Origin: an uncultured cyanobacterium
Lineage (GTDB): Bacteria > Cyanobacteriota > Cyanobacteriia > Cyanobacteriales > CAWUOF01
Assembly: GCA_963744145.1 (NCBI GenBank)
Contig: CAVUSO010000001.1
Coordinates: forward strand, 1,184,001 to 1,248,000
Direction of reading: 5' to 3'
DNA: 64,000 nucleotides
Shown: piece by piece, positions 62,163-64,000 of the stretch
Layout: each line of letters opens with the position of its first letter
Position numbering within the stretch: the stretch's first letter is position 1
Notes under the pieces: generated by a model
Told to the model about the DNA's origin: nothing
What the model saw: the letters and a program-made list of their open reading frames with translations, nothing else
Database searches by the model: none
Program-made: the position numbers and the translations under genes

Positions 62163-62270
62163 AACTGATTCTCGATTGATTGGACTTATGTTGAGCTATC
62201 CCTGAGCTTCGTCTTGATTATACCCCTGAGTGTTACCTGAGCCTAAAGATAGTTACGGTTGTTTGACAAA

Positions 62271-64000
62271 TTACTTTTCAGTTTTGACTTGTTCAAGGAT
62301 ATTAACATCGGTCGAAGGATGAGAAATCTGACTAATGGGTAAACTTATTTTCAGAGTACAGCCTTTATTTTTTCCAGCACTATATAAAGAAATCCTCCCT
62401 CCCATTAACTCAATTAAATTACGGGAAATAGCTAACCCTAATCCAGCTCCTCCATGTAAACGAGTTGTTGTACCATCAACCATCACAAAAGGTTGGAATA
62501 GTTTGTGCTGTTGAGCAGGATCGATGCCAATTCCTGTATCTTGAATCGTCACTATTGCTCTCAAATTAATAGCAGGATTACCCAGGTTTTCCAAGGAATT
62601 AGAAATATTTTTACCTAAATCAACCGAACTATTTTGCGCTCCTCCATCATCACTAGCTTGAGCAGAATCGTAATTTTCAACAGATGTTTCAATTACCTTT
62701 TCCAGCGAATTAGATATAGTAATAGTTCCGCTATCAGTAAATTTAACTGCATTATTAAGTACATTCAGTAAAACTTGTTTAAGTTTTGCTGGGTCTGATT
62801 GCACAATAATCACTTCTTCAAGTTTTTCCCAATTTAATTCTAATCCTTTTTTCTGAATCGCAAATAATTGTAAATCAACTACTTCCTTGATCAGCTTAGT
62901 GAGATCAACTGATTCAATCTTTACTCCTAGAGTTCCTGATTCAATTTTGGCAATATCCAGCACATCATTAATAATACTTAACAAATGAATAGCTGCATCA
63001 TCAGCTTTTTGAAGAAAATCCATTTCTTCTTCGCGATCGTCACAACAACTATCCCGAACTAGACGAATACAGCCAATAATAGCATTCAAAGGAGTTCTCA
63101 ATTCATGAGAAGTTGTCGCTAAAAACTCATTTTTTAACTGATTAGCCACCTTAGCTTCTTGCCAAGCAGTTTCTAATTCTTTCGCCCAAGCTTTCAGCCG
63201 ATCGATCATCCCATCAAGAGCTTGAACTAACTGATGAAGTTCTTCGATTTTGAACTTATAGGGAATTCGGTCAGGAGTTTGTCGGCACTGGACACTTAAA
63301 GCATACTCACCGAGTCGCTCAATCGGACGTGATAGTTGACGAGCTACCAAAAGTGTAACGATCAGATTAGCTGCTAATAATCCCAACACCAAATTCAACA
63401 TAACTTTTTGAATTTCTTCAAGACCAGCTAGGGCATAATCTAAACGAGTGACAGCTAAAATAATCCAACTTTTGTCTTTTTCTAAAGTAACTGGACTGGG
63501 GATTGCTGTATATCCAACTAACAAATCTACATCTTTTTGGTCAAAACCCGATAGCTGGACACAAGTCTGTTCACCATTGAGAGCACCACGGATCAGCTCT
63601 GCTAAAGATTGGGCATCTTTTTGCTCATTAATATTATGTCCCATCCAGCCGGGATCGCGATGGAGTAAAATTTTCCCATTTTGAGCAATAATCGCTGTAT
63701 ATCCCGTCAGGGATTGACGTTTAAACCCATTAATAGATTTAGGTTGATCTTTTTCTTGATTTTGCCAACTTGATTGAATTCTCAAGCTATAACGTAGTTG
63801 ACTATTGCTGTCATAAACGGGCGCACTAAAAACTAAACTGAGGGAATTTGGAACATTATTCTTACTCGTGAGACCTGACCGAATTTCAGTGACATCAATC
63901 AAGTCTGTGGTGACCAGATTAGGTTTGAACGGTGGGAACTTAGGTAAAGGTGCATTAATACTTTGACTACCACAGGTACTAGCTATGGCTTTACCAGTTT
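62271..64000 (-). CDS. Membrane sensor histidine kinase (Cache-HAMP-HisKA-HATPase), 5' end beyond window
   Basis: Frame stays open to the window edge; [31 protein letters not shown]. Confidence 0.9.
   Translation of the reverse strand, partial: TGKAIASTCGSQSINAPLPKFPPFKPNLVTTDLIDVTEIRSGLTSKNNVPNSLSLVFSAPVYDSNSQLRYSLRIQSSWQNQEKDQPKSINGFKRQSLTGYTAIIAQNGKILLHRDPGWMGHNINEQKDAQSLAELIRGALNGEQTCVQLSGFDQKDVDLLVGYTAIPSPVTLEKDKSWIILAVTRLDYALAGLEEIQKVMLNLVLGLLAANLIVTLLVARQLSRPIERLGEYALSVQCRQTPDRIPYKFKIEELHQLVQALDGMIDRLKAWAKELETAWQEAKVANQLKNEFLATTSHELRTPLNAIIGCIRLVRDSCCDDREEEMDFLQKADDAAIHLLSIINDVLDIAKIESGTLGVKIESVDLTKLIKEVVDLQLFAIQKKGLELNWEKLEEVIIVQSDPAKLKQVLLNVLNNAVKFTDSGTITISNSLEKVIETSVENYDSAQASDDGGAQNSSVDLGKNISNSLENLGNPAINLRAIVTIQDTGIGIDPAQQHKLFQPFVMVDGTTTRLHGGAGLGLAISRNLIELMGGRISLYSAGKNKGCTLKISLPISQISHPSTDVNILEQVKTEK

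Overview
This is a cyanobacterial chromosomal window: HIP1 GCGATCGC is very frequent and many gene families are cyanobacteria-specific. Core genes include the 3' end of prfA, rsmG, an ABC ATPase, sphR-sphS-phoU, a Zn-dehydrogenase and rnc. Three accessory blocks lie among them. (1) At 1.3-19 kb is a defence-like island. It holds an ATPase + TPR pair, an ABC ATPase + partner gene split by an IS5-family element, an MNT antitoxin with a dead HEPN toxin, an IS1 inside a dinD fragment, and a putative cell-wall hydrolase. Four genes in this block are each bracketed by their own HIP1-anchored direct repeats. (2) At 27-35 kb are PD-(D/E)xK-like genes and an HTH-iSTAND / MoxR / vWA-FGE-sulfatase ternary conflict system. 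Its 3' end looks like a remote diversity-generating-retroelement (DGR) target, with a partly duplicated variable region and a downstream hairpin; no RT or template repeat was found in the window. (3) At 36-56.7 kb is a tandem array of six sensor-HAMP-HisKA-HATPase-REC-adenylate cyclase-TPR paralogues with swapped sensor heads. The two closest paralogues have lost complementary catalytic residues, resembling the C1/C2 split of eukaryotic heterodimeric cyclases. Several MITEs and REP-like palindromes are also present. No rRNA, tRNA or CRISPR array was seen. All family assignments come from motif recognition by eye, not database searches.
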